Assembly (NCBI RefSeq): GCF_009914755.1
Contig: NC_060932.1
Direction: 5' to 3' (one strand)
Origin: the human T2T-CHM13v2.0 reference genome, Homo sapiens
Length of the DNA: 64,000 bases
Made by a program: the position numbers and the translations under genes. How positions within the stretch are numbered: the stretch's first letter is position 1; each line of letters opens with the position of its first letter. A model generated the notes under the pieces. It was not told the DNA's origin and made no database searches. It saw only the letters and a program-made list of their open reading frames with translations. Below, piece by piece: positions 36,831 through 54,599 of this stretch.

Positions 36831-38754
36831 AGTATTTAAAAATACACTTAGTCTTACTGTTATCATACATTAAAAATTGTTTTCCCACACTGGGCCTACC
36901 CTAGGCAAAATTGAGAAGATGAAAATATGTGCACTGATTCCTTCTCTCCATCCATCTTTCAGTGCCTGCTTCCCCTTATCCAGTTTCAGGGCAACCAGTG
37001 GCCTGGTAGTAAAACTACCTGCTGGAAGTCTGGGCCCACCCACCCTGGTAATGGGAGAGACTCCCATCTGACCCCAGGCAGTCTAATGATTGCGACACCT
37101 GGGCAACACCAGGCATTCTAATGGGAGAGACTCCTGCCGACCCTGTGTGGTGGGACTCCATGTTCTGGATTAGTCCTGAGTCCCTGTCTTATATTCTAGT
37201 TTCTCAGGAATCTACCAAGGGACTATTTCACCTCATTATCAAATCTTAACCTGATTCATGGTAGGAGGCACTTAGAAATATTAGTTCAGTAAATTATGAT
37301 TGTGTCCATCTTTTAATGTTTCAAAGATAACATTTACATTTTAACACCTGCCTTCAATAACTTAAAGTGATGAATAAGGAATTTTAGTTGAGGCCATCAA
37401 AGAATATTTTTGAAATAAAGGAATCTATTTGATAATCTTTGAATTGTAGCGAAAACACAGTATTGCCTGTCTTCAAATTTTAAGCCTGACCATAATATTT
37501 AAATTTATTTACCATCTATCCAGTGGTAGCAACCTTAAGATCGGCTGACACAGATTATTCTGGTACCATAACATAATGAACTTGATTCTCATCCGGAGTA
37601 CATTTTTTATTAGTCTGTGGGATCAGAGGCAAAATTTGCAGCAGAGACAGTTCTGTTCATATTTAATTATAAGAACTGTCTTAATAACAAAAGCTGCTGT
37701 TTTTATTTCATCTTTCAGAGGCTAAATGCTACTTGAGATTGTTCTTTATGAAATGAAATGAACAGAAGTCCTGGGTCCAACTCTGTGGTGTGTGATTATT
37801 CTATTCTAGTTACTTCAAAATCCTGAGGACAAAATACAGCTTGAAATAGAATCTTAGAATGAACCAAAAGTAAGAAATAGGATGCGTTTCATGTCTCCCT
37901 GACTCTCAGCTGGGGCTCCATGGTTGCAGAGGACAGGAAGAAGCTGGTTGTGATAAGGGAATGAATCCTCAAAATCCCCTCTAGCAATTAACTCTGGAGG
38001 AAAAATAATCTGGGTCTCATTTTGCTTTAAGCATAACTCTTACTATTGAAAGCAGTCCTCCTGCAGTAATTACATCAATTTAGTAAAAAAGGAGGACCAT
38101 CTTCTTCTGCATGCGAGTCTAGGTGATACCTACCTGTTGCTGGAACAGTTTCATTGGTGAGATCTTTAATAGTAATACTAGTATCTTAAAACACATTGTG
38201 GCAATGATTAGATTTATCTATACCTCATTTCCGTGAAGTTGGCAGAATGAAAGGAGGATAATGTTTTTATAGTAGAAAGCAGTAAAACAGACAACTTGGG
38301 AATAAAAATGATTGCTCATGTTTCAAGCTGGCCAGCAAGAAGTGACGATCTAAATATAAGAGTAGCTCTGGTTATTTAACTATAACTACAAGTTACTTAG
38401 GGAAAAAAAGTCATCCTCAAGGGCCCCTTCCAAGCAATTAAAGTTTGTCTTTGCAATGTGCTAGTGGGGCATCCTCTTTGGTACTGTATATAACATAGCT
38501 CTGTAGTATGTTATCCAGATTATTTTCTATTAGCATATCTATCAGGGTTAACTTCATTGCAGCTAGCAGGAAAAATAATGCAAACTGTTTTAAGATTGTT
38601 TTAAAAAATAATGTATTGGCTCCTGTAATGAAAAAGCAGAGATCATCTCATCAAGATTACTTAATCAGAGACTCAAGGAGTGCTATCTGGACCCAGTTTC
38701 CCTAAGTCTCTGAAAACTACTTTCCTGGGTGTTGGTTCTTTCCAGGTTATATAT

Positions 38755-41486
<2,732 letters not shown>

Positions 41487-41924
41487 ATATCCAATAACAA
41501 AACGAATGACAGCAGTGCATTGCCTATATATTCCTAGGTTCAAAGTCAGCAGAAAGAAGAGTATGTCTCTCTCCTAACCACTCAGGCAAAACCATGACCT
41601 GTCATTCACTGGCCCTAATGTGCTCATCCCTGAGCAGTCACCGTGACCAGAGGGATATGACACCGTGTTTGTCAGACATAAGTGCCCTGCCCAACACTGG
41701 AGCACCTAGGCCAAGCATGTAGGAAATGTAGGCTTTCCAGAAGAACATTAGAAATCATTACTAAAGAGTAATGGATACCGGATGGCCAAATAGTTCTTAT
41801 ACATCAAGACAATTTAAAATACGTCCAAGATAATATGATTAATAAAGTATAAATAAAGTAGATATAGCATAGACATGTGGTTACTCTTTACCCATGATGT
41901 ATTATTTTTCTTTTATGTTTTGTT

Positions 41925-42390
41925 GAATCCCAGTTTTATTGAGGTATGATTGACTTACATTAATGTGCACATATGTAAAGTGTAAACTTGATGAGTTTTA
42001 ACATATGTGAAACCATTACCACATTCAAGATAATAACTATCTCTATCACCTGCAAAAGTTTTCTTACATCCTCTTGTAATCCACCCTCCCCTGCCCTGCC
42101 CATTCCTAGGAAGCTTAATCTGTTTTCTGTCCCTATAGATTAGTTTGCATTTTTAAGAATTTTATATAAATGGAATTATAAGTAGGTATTATTTTGCATC
42201 TAGGTTTTCTACTCAGCCTAGTTATTTTTGGTTCTATCCAAGTTGTTGTGTGTATAAATAGCTCATTCATTTTTATTGCTCAGTAGTATTCTATTGTATG
42301 GCTATACCACAGTTGGTTTGTTCATTCACGGTTTGTTTATCCATGGACATTTGGGTCATTTTCAGGTTTTAGATATTATAAAGAAAGATC
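41925..42390 (-). mobile_element. Old L1M 3' fragment
   Basis: ttttattgaggtatgattgac...tagattagtttgcattttta agaattttatataaatggaat... Confidence 0.75.
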
Positions 42391-42520
42391 TCAATTGGGA
42401 AACGCTTACTTAAAATTAGAATGTATTTTATTTAATTATGAATAAATTATGTGTAAGTGTAACGTTCGTTGCAATATTTATCTAAAATGCTGATAAAATT
42501 TTTTCCTTTTTCCTTTCCAG

Positions 42521-42545
42521 ATACTGAGGAGAGCAGACAAAAATG
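42521..42545 (+). CDS. NECAB1: NECAB1 coding exon 2 (25-nt microexon)
   Basis: Acceptor ttttttcctttttcctttccag|, ATA CTG AGG AGA GCA GAC AAA AAT G (ILRRADKN+), donor |GTAAGA; continues exon 1 in frame into the first EF-hand loop. Confidence 0.93.
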
Positions 42546-43717
42546 GTAAGACCAAAAATCTACAGTATCTATTTATTAATCTCTTACATTTTATATTACC
42601 TTATAAATAATAATCAGGAAAAAGGGGACAGTCCGGGAAAATTACATATAAAATACTACCTTATTGTACTAGTGATCGTTTTAGATAAGTTTTAGGCCCT
42701 AAATATTCATAAGAAGTTGGCAGAAGGATTTACATTTGAAAGGAATGTTTATGCCTTTGAAGTGAGGAGCTCTGCCATATTTGGACTCTGGCTTTTCCTT
42801 TTCATGCACCAAAAAATAATTTTGCAGCAATAGCAGCTTCTATTCATTGAGTGTCTACTGTGTGCCAGGCATTGGGCCAAGTGCTTTGTGCATATTATGT
42901 CCTAGAATTATTACAATACAAAGCTGAGACTGGACCCCAGGTCTGTATGACACGCAAGTCTGGACTCTCCACACTGAGCTTTAACATGGCTTTGGAGATT
43001 TTACTGTACTCCAAGAGGTCTGCCTGGAAACCTGCATTGCTAGCTTTATCTCTACCCCATTGTTCCTGGCCACTGCTTTCCTATTTGAAGTGTATGCCCT
43101 GGAAATGATAATCTATAGCAACAGAGAAGTAGGAGATGGCAACCTCGAAGTAAAAACTTGCTCTGTTGATTTAATGATGACTGCACAACATCTAAGTTGT
43201 CATAAGCAGTATCTTTCGACTCTATTATTCCACTAGAAACTTTGTCCCAGAGAACACCAAATAAAAGCTTGTTTTGTTTTTGTTTTGTTTTGTTTTTCTT
43301 TTTGCTGCTATATTATAAGTACCATGGTAGAGGTATATTCTTGACAAGAATTTCTTGACAAATTTAGGATACAAAGGGTTCTTTCCCTTTTTTGAAATCC
43401 CATTTATCTATGGGGAGAGATTACAGGCAGAGTCCAGATCTGACAGTTTAAAGACATATGTTGTGGTCTATTTTACCCTTATGCGGGCAGATCAAGAAAA
43501 GCTTGACTGACAAGACACACCTTTCTACACAAAAGAAGATTATTAATCCAAGGAACAATGTAATAGCATCCCAAGTCCCAATAATATTTAGTTGTGCTTG
43601 GCCATCAAAATATTTTCTCAGACTGTGTTGTGGTGATTGATATATTGTCAGTTCAAATGTGCTTTTTGTTCCCATTTGAAGCATTTCACTATTTTGTTTT
43701 TAGTTTTAGTTTTTGGG

Positions 43718-44026
43718 TTTTTTGTTTTGTTTTGTTTTGTTTTTGAGACAGAATCTCTCTCTGTCACCCAGACTGGAGTGCCGTGGTGGGATCTTGGCTT
43801 ACTGCAACCTCCGTCTCCTGGGTTCAAGCAATTCTCCTGCCTCAGCCTCCCAAGTAACTTGGAATACAGGCACACTCCATCACACCCGGCTAATTTTTGT
43901 ATTTTTAGTAGTGACAGTGTTTCACCATGTTGGCCAGGCTAGTCTCAAACTCCTGACCTCAAGTGATCCACCCTCTTCGGCCTCCCAAAGTGCCGGGATT
44001 ACAAGCATGGGCCACTGCACCCGGCC
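43718..44026 (-). mobile_element. Alu (AluS-like)
   Basis: Full antisense dimer with (TTTTG)n tail. Confidence 0.92.
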
Positions 44027-44994
44027 CATTTGATTACTTTTAAAGACAGAAATAATGATGGCATCATTTTGTCTTCTCATCTCATCCTTTGGTCTTTTGC
44101 CTGATATCCAGCCCCAGGGATGCCTGGTGTACAATTGAATAGCCCACCTGTCTCTATGCCACCTGCCTTGTATTTTAATAGCAGTCTCCAGCTCAGAAAT
44201 GCTTTTGCTCCCTCTCCACCCAAGCTCCTAGTTTTCTCAGGCTATACTTTCATTTCCTAGACCCCAAAGCTCTGATTTAGGTCCACCCTTACCTTTGTAT
44301 GTATTTCTCTTCTTTCCATCAAAATTAGGATAATCCACAGTCAGAACAAAAAGCACTGAACAAAACAATGCACATGATTCAATGGCTTATGATAACCTCA
44401 AATATCGTGCTGCATGAAGTGGTCACTTGCATTGGCAGACCCGTCTCATATTTCCTCACCTGCCCCCACTCTGCCTTCCTTACCGCCTCTCCTAATGTCC
44501 ATTCCAACATGCTGTCAAACTACCTGCCTTTCTGCTCTTACTTCTCAAAATCTTCCTCATGTATCCTCCTCTGCAGCTGCTGAAGCACTCAGTCCCCCTG
44601 GGCACCCTCCATCTGCCACACTGTTATGTTACCCTGCTGTGACCTCCGCCTCCTGTAACTTTCCACCCTCAGTCAGCTTGAGAACACTCACGCTTTGCTT
44701 ACATTCCTGCTCAAAGACACCTTATCTGGGAAACCTCCCCCAGTTCCCTTGACAGGGCCCCACCCTCTCCCTGTGTTCTCAGCACAATTGGACAAATTAG
44801 CACAATTGAGTGTTCTCAGCACTTTGGCACATATTGATTATTGTCCTTAAGGTGGAGACTGCTTGTTGGCTGGAGATTGTATTTCTCTAAGCCAAGCGTG
44901 CCTCTCTAAGGCAAGGAACTTATGTTACAAGTAGATGGTATGCCCAGCCAGTGCTAGATGCTCAATAGACATTTGTTTAATGAATTAAGAAGAA

Positions 44995-45500
44995 AATACA
45001 GTATATATACTATTCAGCCTTAAAAGAAAGAAGAAATTCTGTCATTTGTGACAACATGAATGGAATTGGAGACCATTATGCTAAGTGAAATTAGCCAAAC
45101 ACAGAAAGACAAATACCTCTTATACATCTATATCGAGCCTAAAACAATCGAACTCATAGAAGCAGGGGGTAGAATGGTGGCTACAGAGGCGGGGGAGTGA
45201 AAGGAGTAGGGAGGTAATAGTTGAAGGGTACAAAGTTTCAGGAGGAGTAAGTTTAATTTATTTTTAGATCAATTGCACAGCATAGTGAATATAGCTAATC
45301 ATTGAGTTCTGTACATTTTAGTACCACCGAGAGTAAATTTCTTCTAATGTTCTCATCACCAAGAAATCGCAAATATATGAGGTGATAGAGACATTAATCT
45401 TAATCTTTCCACATTGTATTCAAAAATCATAACATCACTTTTTATCCCATAAATAAATACAACTATAATTTGTCAATTTATGATAACAATTAAAATAAAA
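44995..45500 (+). mobile_element. L1M 3' end
   Basis: tactattcagccttaaaag...gaaattctgtcatttgtgacaacatg...tgttctcatcacc...A-rich end. Confidence 0.8.
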
Positions 45501-46564
45501 GAGGATTGAGGATGTTCTGCTCTATTATTTCTCTCTCTTCTCTCTGTCCACTTTTCCCCCTGCCTTTCATCCCACCTTACTCTTCTCCCTCATTCTCAGT
45601 GTAAAGTTGGAGGGAAGCAGAGTCAGGCAGTTTGGGTTTAAACCACAAGTATGCCACCTAGGAACCTTATAAAGAGCATAGGTAATGACCTCTACCATGT
45701 CATGTGGTAATTATGAATAATAAATGAGGGACTATCCATAAAGTTACCAGGCAAGTGCCTGGAATGTAGTAACAACTAAACACTTGCTCATTTTGCTGCT
45801 ATTATGATTAATATCATCTCTATTGCTACTGAAAGCTTGAGCTGTTTTTTCTGCTGTGATGACTTGGCTATCTGAGATACTTTTTAACATTTTAGTTATT
45901 TCTATTGCAGTGGAGTTTAGTAGAAAAGAAAAATAAAGCTATTTACCATATATGGAGTATTTGAAAGGGAAAAGGATAGTGGATAATCTAATGTAAATGA
46001 GAAGATAAAAGCATATAAAAGTAAGCATCCTTCTGTACCATGTGTTCATGGCATTCTGTATTTGCAAATAGACAGCTGCTACATGTATTTGAGCTCTTGC
46101 TAACAGACCCTCATGTGATAGAGTCCCTTGTGGACAGCATAATTGGTGACAGAATAACGAAAGGAAGAAGAGGCAATAGGCAGTATAATTGTTCGCCTGC
46201 CCAGAGGACAGATTTAGCTTTTGGAATCTATCTGACATCTGACGAAAAAGAGAAGCTGCTGGATAAATTGGGTGGGGTGGGAGGGATACACATTAACGAT
46301 TAGCTATAATAATGACATCTTGGAGAGATTTTTTTGGTTGGTTTTTTTTTTTAATCATAGGCTAGGATCCTAAACATAAAGATAGCCTTCAGAGTAGGAT
46401 TGCTTAGGAGAGATGCTAGTGCTTTGAGCCAAAGAAACCCAAATTCAAATTTTTAGAAATATAAAACTTCTGAGGAAGCTTATTTACAGGTTGAATGAAA
46501 ATGGAAATGATACATGGGTATTTATACAATTTGCAAAAATATTTTTTAAATTTAAATATATTTT

Positions 46565-46870
46565 ATTTTAAAATATTTAATTGGGAAATAAAGGTCAAAT
46601 ATATTCAAGGTATATAATATGATGATTAGATAAATGTATACATTGTGTAATTCTTACAATAATCAAATTAATTAAAACATTCATCACCACCCATCGTGTA
46701 CATTAGAGCCCCAGAACTTGTTCATCTTATAACTGAAAGTTTGTACCCTTGACTATCATCTCCCATTTCCTCCACCCCCAGCCCATGGCACCCACTATTG
46801 TACTCTCTGCTTCTACGAGTTCAACTTTTTCAGATTCCACATGTAAGTGAGATTGCACAGTATTTGTTTT
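46565..46870 (-). mobile_element. L1MA 3' fragment
   Basis: ccagaacttgttcatcttataactgaaagtttgtaccctt gac...cagattccacatgtaagtgagat. Confidence 0.8.
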
Positions 46871-47439
46871 TGTGTGGGGTGGGGGGCAAGAATAGCTTTG
46901 AAATCTTAGTAAGAGGCAAAATGAAAAGCTTCGTAGTAGTGAATAGCACCATTGGATTCCTCTTGTTGATTTGCACTTGCTAAGGTCTGCTATCATTCTT
47001 GATCAGTAAGTAGGAAGGCTATATGGGTGGCACAATTGATCCCTGTTTAATCACTGTTCCCTCTAAGAGATTGTTATAGTTCTCCTCAGGACTTTAGTCC
47101 AATCCAGCAGCCTGCACGTATTAAATTTGTGAGAGCAGAGATGGTGCCTATTTCACATACCCCCAGGTCCACCGTGGTGAGCAAAATGCCTGCTGCAACA
47201 CAGACATTCATTAATATTTGTGAATTATTTGTAAGAAATGCATAACCAACAATTTCACTGAAGAAATATAATCATATATATAATTTAATCAAACAAAGCA
47301 CTGTTGTTATTTATCTGTTGTTTATTAATTAATAATGTTCGATAAAATGTATGGAGGACATATTACAAGCTGAGTCCTACCCTCTGTGATTTATATACAT
47401 TGTCTTCAATCATTATGACAAGCCAACAGAATAAACAGT

Positions 47440-47810
47440 TTAGAGCAGTGGCGAGAACATAGGCTTTGAGGTCACACAAGCCCATGCTTGGCTGTGCCTC
47501 CTTCTAGCTTTATGACCTTGAGCAAGTTGTTCAAATTCCCTGTGCCTCAGTTTCCGCATCTGCAAAGGAAGGATAATAATATTACTTCTCATAAAGTTGT
47601 TTTGAGAATTAAATGAGATTATGCCTCTGAAACACTTATCCTGATCTCACCTAGTGATAATTGCTCAATATTTTTAGCTATTTTTATTATTTTCCCTATT
47701 TTTTAAGTGAAGCAAATGAAGCTCAGAGATGTCAGATAACTTTCTCCAGGTTACATTGTATGTTAACAGTAGCACCAGATTAGTGAACCCAGGTCTATTT
47801 CACTTCATAT
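47440..47810. mobile_element. MIR cluster
   Basis: MIR core tgaccttgagcaagtt...tgtgcctcagtttccgcatctgcaaa...gagaattaaatgagat. Confidence 0.75.
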
Positions 47811-49364
47811 TTGGTGATTTTTTTTCACTTTGTTGTATATGCACCTATGTCACCTATGTATGTATTTCAGACTACAAATATACAAATATAATTATAGTTA
47901 GAGCCTGAATTTGTATACATCTTGAATATGATGTTCTGATGCTTCAATATGTAGTAGTTTAATTGATTTAATGCATTTGATGTTTCCTTGGTAGTCTGAA
48001 TTATGAATGAATGACTAATACACCTCCAGAAAATAATGTTGGCAATGAAAATCCTAGCCTAAGAATAGTTGATGTAGTATTTATGTATTTAGAGATACTT
48101 TAAATACTTCATTGGATTATGATCAATTAATTTGGAATTGATTATGTAAGAATTGGTAATAGTCTTTCCAAACCGGTCACCTAAAGTTTGGTTTATTCTA
48201 TTAACATGTAAAAATATGACCTTGAGTAGAAGCTGGAACAAAGGTTCGGTACGTATGAGTATTTCCAATAAAGGCTGGGTCATCACCTAGCAACACTTCA
48301 GAGTCCCGCAGAGCTCTGTGATTCTGTCTTTCGCACTTGGGAATAAAGCTGCCCTTTGATGTGAGCTATTCAGTCAAGCATCACCACCCCGCACTGTGCT
48401 CTCCAGACCCTCTTATCTTCTAATCGGGGCTCCTAGCTCCAGGTAAAATGTAAAGATTAAGGGCCGGGCCCTAGAAATGAGGGACATTGACATAAGGCTC
48501 TGTATTTCATAATTCCTCATACTTTTTGCAAACATTTTTGGGAAAATAATGAAACTGAGAATCAGATAACTTATAGATTAGTAGGGTTCTCACATAGCTC
48601 TGTACTCATATGTTAACTCTCAGGTACATGCAGACACCTCAACTACACATCTACCAGCTCGAAAGTCAAAGCAAAGTCTATTAGAAGTGATTCATTTAAA
48701 AAAAGTGCCCTAGCAATGACCTTATTGCAAGAAATGTCTCCTCCACCACTGCAAAATATGTGGGAGAAACGCATGAGTGCAAGTTCTGACTGTAATGATT
48801 TTTTTAACAAAATAAAGAAAAATAAATTTTCTATTTTCATAGTATGACTTTTTTTTCTAAAATGCAAAGCACTTTCACACCCATAAATGTGTTACTTTTC
48901 TGTTAAAAGCAGAAAACGGAAAATTCTTATCTTTACATAGCTGGGTTTATCAGCTGCCACAGAAACAAACAGAAATTTCAGATTCACTTTCCTGAGCCCT
49001 CAAAATGGCTCCCAAGGGCTGTCAAAGGCTCAGAAATCAGGTCCTGCTCCAGATCCTGGAGGGCACACAGCATAGACTTATCCCAAAACGTGGCTGCTAC
49101 CTTAAGTGCTTTCTGTAATGGGCATCTGTGGTTGTCATCCCAGCCTTCCTTTCCTTTCTGTTCCTGCAATTTAATCGTCTACTCTGCTCCATCTAGATCC
49201 CAGAGATATGTAGCATAAGGGTTAAGCTTATGTATGATTTTGCAGTCAGATTACCTGGGCTCAAATCCCATTCCACTTACTGTGCAATTTGGGTAACTTA
49301 ATTTCCCCACCTGTGAAGTGGAAATAAAGGCAATGCCTCTCTCACAGACTTGTTGGAAAATTAA

Positions 49365-49771
<407 letters not shown>

Positions 49772-51663
49772 TTTTCATCCTAATTCTTATTCTTATTTGG
49801 CGGGACTGTCAATCACAATGTCCTGGTGCTGAATTTTTCACATGGCAGTGCCCAGAGGTCTGTCCATGACCACCTTACTAAGACTCCAGAGCTGCACTAG
49901 TGTTTGTTCTGCCTTTGCCCTGGTCATTCAGCTTTTCTTATTGTTTGCAAACCAATAATCCTAGTTGAAATTCTCGTGTGTCTTGGAGTTGGTGCTTTGC
50001 GCCCAGCCACCTGACTTGCCCCTCTAGATGTGTCTCCATCTCAGGACAGGAACCACCAAGCAACCCTTGTTCCAACCAAAAGTTTCAGAGGCTTCCACAA
50101 CTCTTCTCTTTCTCTAGTAATTCCACATCCAATCTATTAGCAGGGCCTGTTGGCTCCACTGTCAAAACATCTTCAAAACCTAGTCACTTCTTGCTATTTC
50201 CAAACCTTCAACCCTAATTAAAGCCTCCTTAATCTGGCACTTAGCATACAGCAAAAATTTCCATATTAGAGCTATTGAAGACTTCAGAAAATCAGTGGCA
50301 AAGATGATAGAGATAAGAAAATGCATTTGATACTTTTGGATATATAATTAGCAGATTTGGTAATTAATTGGAAGTGTTAAGTAAGAGAGATGAAGGCATT
50401 TACTGACGTGGACATGTGCAAGGTTGTGTATGTTTCAGATTTCCAGTTTCTGACTTCAGTAACTAGATGGATAATGAGGCTATTAACTTCTTTATGGTTA
50501 TGAAAGTGCCTTACATGTGAAAAGCTTGATTTTGTTGTAATATTGGTTACTTTTAGTTATGAGAGTTCTCCTGTGAATATCTGTTGATCTAGTAATAAGT
50601 GATATTTCTGTGTTTTTCTTAATATTCAAAATCACACCTAAGTTGTTAAAAAATACTGAAAAATGTAATAGCCTCTATATTATCAACTCTTTATGGCCAT
50701 GAGAATATTGGTTTAGACTTTACAAGAAAATATTACAGTAATAACAGTAAACAATCTTATTAAAAGATTATTATGCTGTGCGAGGCATAATTTTATTTAA
50801 TCTGTATAACAATATTGCAAGGAAGATACTGTCATTGTCCCAATTTTATTTATGAGTAATCTGAGACATAGGGAACTCATCCAAGGGCATGGAGTGAGTA
50901 AATAGGATTTGTATCCAGATTTTCTTCTAAACTAAAAGTCTTAGCACTTAACCAGGATGCTTCATTTGCTGTGGCTCATCTCTGTAGCAGAATTGTGCTG
51001 TTGAAATCTAGAAATACCAACATTTCCACATGGAGAATCCTAAATGATTCAGTGTAATTTAAAAAAAAGACAAAAGTATTTGAAATTATTTTGGCTATGT
51101 TCCTGTTTTAAGGTGGCATGGTATGATGGAGAGTTGGAACTTTAATCTGCCATTTGTTCATTCACTCATTCCTTTATTTGCTTAATATTTTGTGAGTGCT
51201 CTTTAAATGCCGGAGACTGTGCTAGATGGCGGGAATACAAAGACAAAAGAATACATTTACTTTAGTATACATTTACTTGGATGTGATCTTAGACTAATTC
51301 ATTAACCTCTCTGAGTTCATTTCCTCATTTTTTGAAAATAGGAATAATAAGAATTGGCAGGACTACTGGGAAGAAAAAGCCAAGTAAATATAGTTAAAGT
51401 CCCAAGGATGTTGTTTAGAATATTGTGAGTAATCAAAACATGTCAGTTCCCCTTTGCCTTCACTAATTTCTTATAGGTTCTAAAGATATGATTTCTTCAC
51501 TTGCGAACTAAGGAAGGCAGACTATAAAAAAACTGAGCCCTTACAAAATTTTACGTTACTAGGAAAAATTATATACTTATGTAATAAAGGGAACTCACCT
51601 TTGATTTTTGCACATGGATTTGAGAAAACTTAGTCAATAAACTCTAAACTCTTAGAGATTTGA

Positions 51664-52077
<414 letters not shown>

Positions 52078-53736
52078 AAAATTGATTAATTTTCAACATC
52101 AACGTCAACAGCACAACTCTGCTACAGCGAAGAGCTACAGCAAATGAAGCATCAATAATTTTCAATGGGTTCACAATGCAAGAGGCATCACTAAGCCAAA
52201 TGAGTGAGAAAACACCCTAATGCATTAGAGTTCTGAGGAGGAAGAGGTCTCTGGGATAGGATGGCCTAGGAAGGCTTATGGACTCATTGTCCTCAAATAA
52301 ATCTCCAAAGATGAATAAAAATTCAGATAGCTAGCAAAAAAGAAAGATGATTATCAATTAGGACCAATTCAGTTTAAGTGACAGAAAACTAATTCAGATT
52401 AAAGTAAAATTGGGAAATTGTTGGCTCCTATAATTGAAAAACCCCCCAAATGGTAAAGCTTTGAGTACAGCTTTATCTAGGTGTTCAGAAATTACTCTCT
52501 TTATCTATCTCCTTTCTTGTCTCTACATCTCAACTTTGGTTTGTGTCTGGTTGGTCTTCCTTTCAGGTAGGCTTTCTTATCAAGGTGGCGAGATAGTACC
52601 TAGAACCCATCCCACCAGTTCAACAGGTCAGAATAAAGAGAGAATTTCTCCTTTACATTAATTTTAGCAAAAATCTCAAGATTTTCTCTGATTTATCAAC
52701 TAGTCACATGCCCATCCTTAAAGCAACAACTGAGGGTTTGGATGAAGTGGTTTTCTAGGCTTAGATTATATACACACCCCCAGAGATGATGGGTGCATAA
52801 AGCTGCACCTCAAATAGAGTTGGAGAGACAGCAGATGATCTCTCAAGCAAAAATCAGTGTTTCTACCAAAAGAAGAGAGAATAGATGTTGACCAGGCAAA
52901 ATTAACAGATGTTCCTCTTTTGGAGGGTAAACTAGCTGAAAAAGCAGTGATTATCCAGTGAGAATGCAGGTATAGAGGAGGGGAAATGCAAGCGATTCGA
53001 TTATGTATTGTACTCCTCTTTCTACCTCTAATGCCTGTGTTAAAATATTTAATTTTCATTTACCAGTGAAATTTGTCTACAAATGGAGTATTCTTCACGT
53101 TGCTAATTTTGAATCTACATCCGCTACAAACTAAATATTCCTCCGACACGTTTCATCTGTCATTCTACGAAAGCCTGAGTAAATAGAAGTGTTTTTTTCT
53201 TACTTTTCTCCTAGGCTCACATAAAATGTTATTGTTAATTCTCCATGGAAATGACATTAAACGGATTTTTTTCACTAAATTAGGAGCACATTCTTTCTAG
53301 CCACGAAAACTAATACACATTCATTCCCTCAGAATGAAGACAGTTTTTTTCATTTTCCCAGCACATTTCCAAGTGACAAAAATATTTTGATGTAACAAAT
53401 GAGCCTTCCCCAAAAAGTACCTAAATATATGATGTCAAGTCAGTAACGAGCCAAGCATTTGACTGAATTATTCATTTTTCTACCTGATATCTGAGCATTT
53501 GGTTGATTTTAAACTGAGAGCAGCTTTAAAGACCCGCTTCCAGGAATGGGTCTCGGGAGGCGTGCTTTCCGGCCCCTCATCTGAATCATTTAACCTTGTC
53601 ATATTTCAGTTTCCTTCCCCTCCTGAAAAGACAAATAAGAAGATGAAACTACTTCAAGAAATTATTGTGACTATAGTCAATAAAATTTAGACTAAAAGTA
53701 CCTCGCAAAATAACAGACCAAAATATACTTACTTGT

Positions 53737-54044
<308 letters not shown>

Positions 54045-54324
54045 TATATATATATGTATACACACACACACACACACTTGTATAAGCAGTGACACATGAA
54101 ACGAATTTCATTTCTCCAAATAATCTGTAAAATACATGGAGCCAGGGTAGAATGTCTAGAGTTAAGAAACTGAATCTGTTGAGTCTATTACTGAGTTAAA
54201 TATATGTTATATTTCAATATCTAATATGAATAAGTATAACTAATTTTGCCATGTTGATAATGTAGAGTCAGCTTTTAATATATTTTAATATGTTAAAATA
54301 TTTTAATGCTACATAATTTTCATG

Positions 54325-54596
54325 TTTTATTATTATCATTATTATTTTAGAGACAAGATCTCACTCTGTCACCCAGGCTGGAGTGCAAGTGGCGTAATCA
54401 TAGCTCACTATAACCTTGAATTCCTGGGTTCAAGTGATCCTCCTTGTCAGCCTATTGAGTAGCTAGTACTACAGGTGCACACCACCACACCCAGCTAATT
54501 TTTAAATTTTTTTTGTAGAGACAGGGTCTCACTATGTTGCCCAGGCTGGTCTCAAACTCCTGACCTCAAGTGATCCTTCTGCCTTGGCCTCCCAAA
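54325..54596 (-). mobile_element. Alu (AluJ-like, 5'-truncated)
   Basis: Antisense Alu with (TTA)n tail and tcatagctcact / ctcactatgttgcccagg diagnostics. Confidence 0.88.
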
Positions 54597-54599
54597 CTA

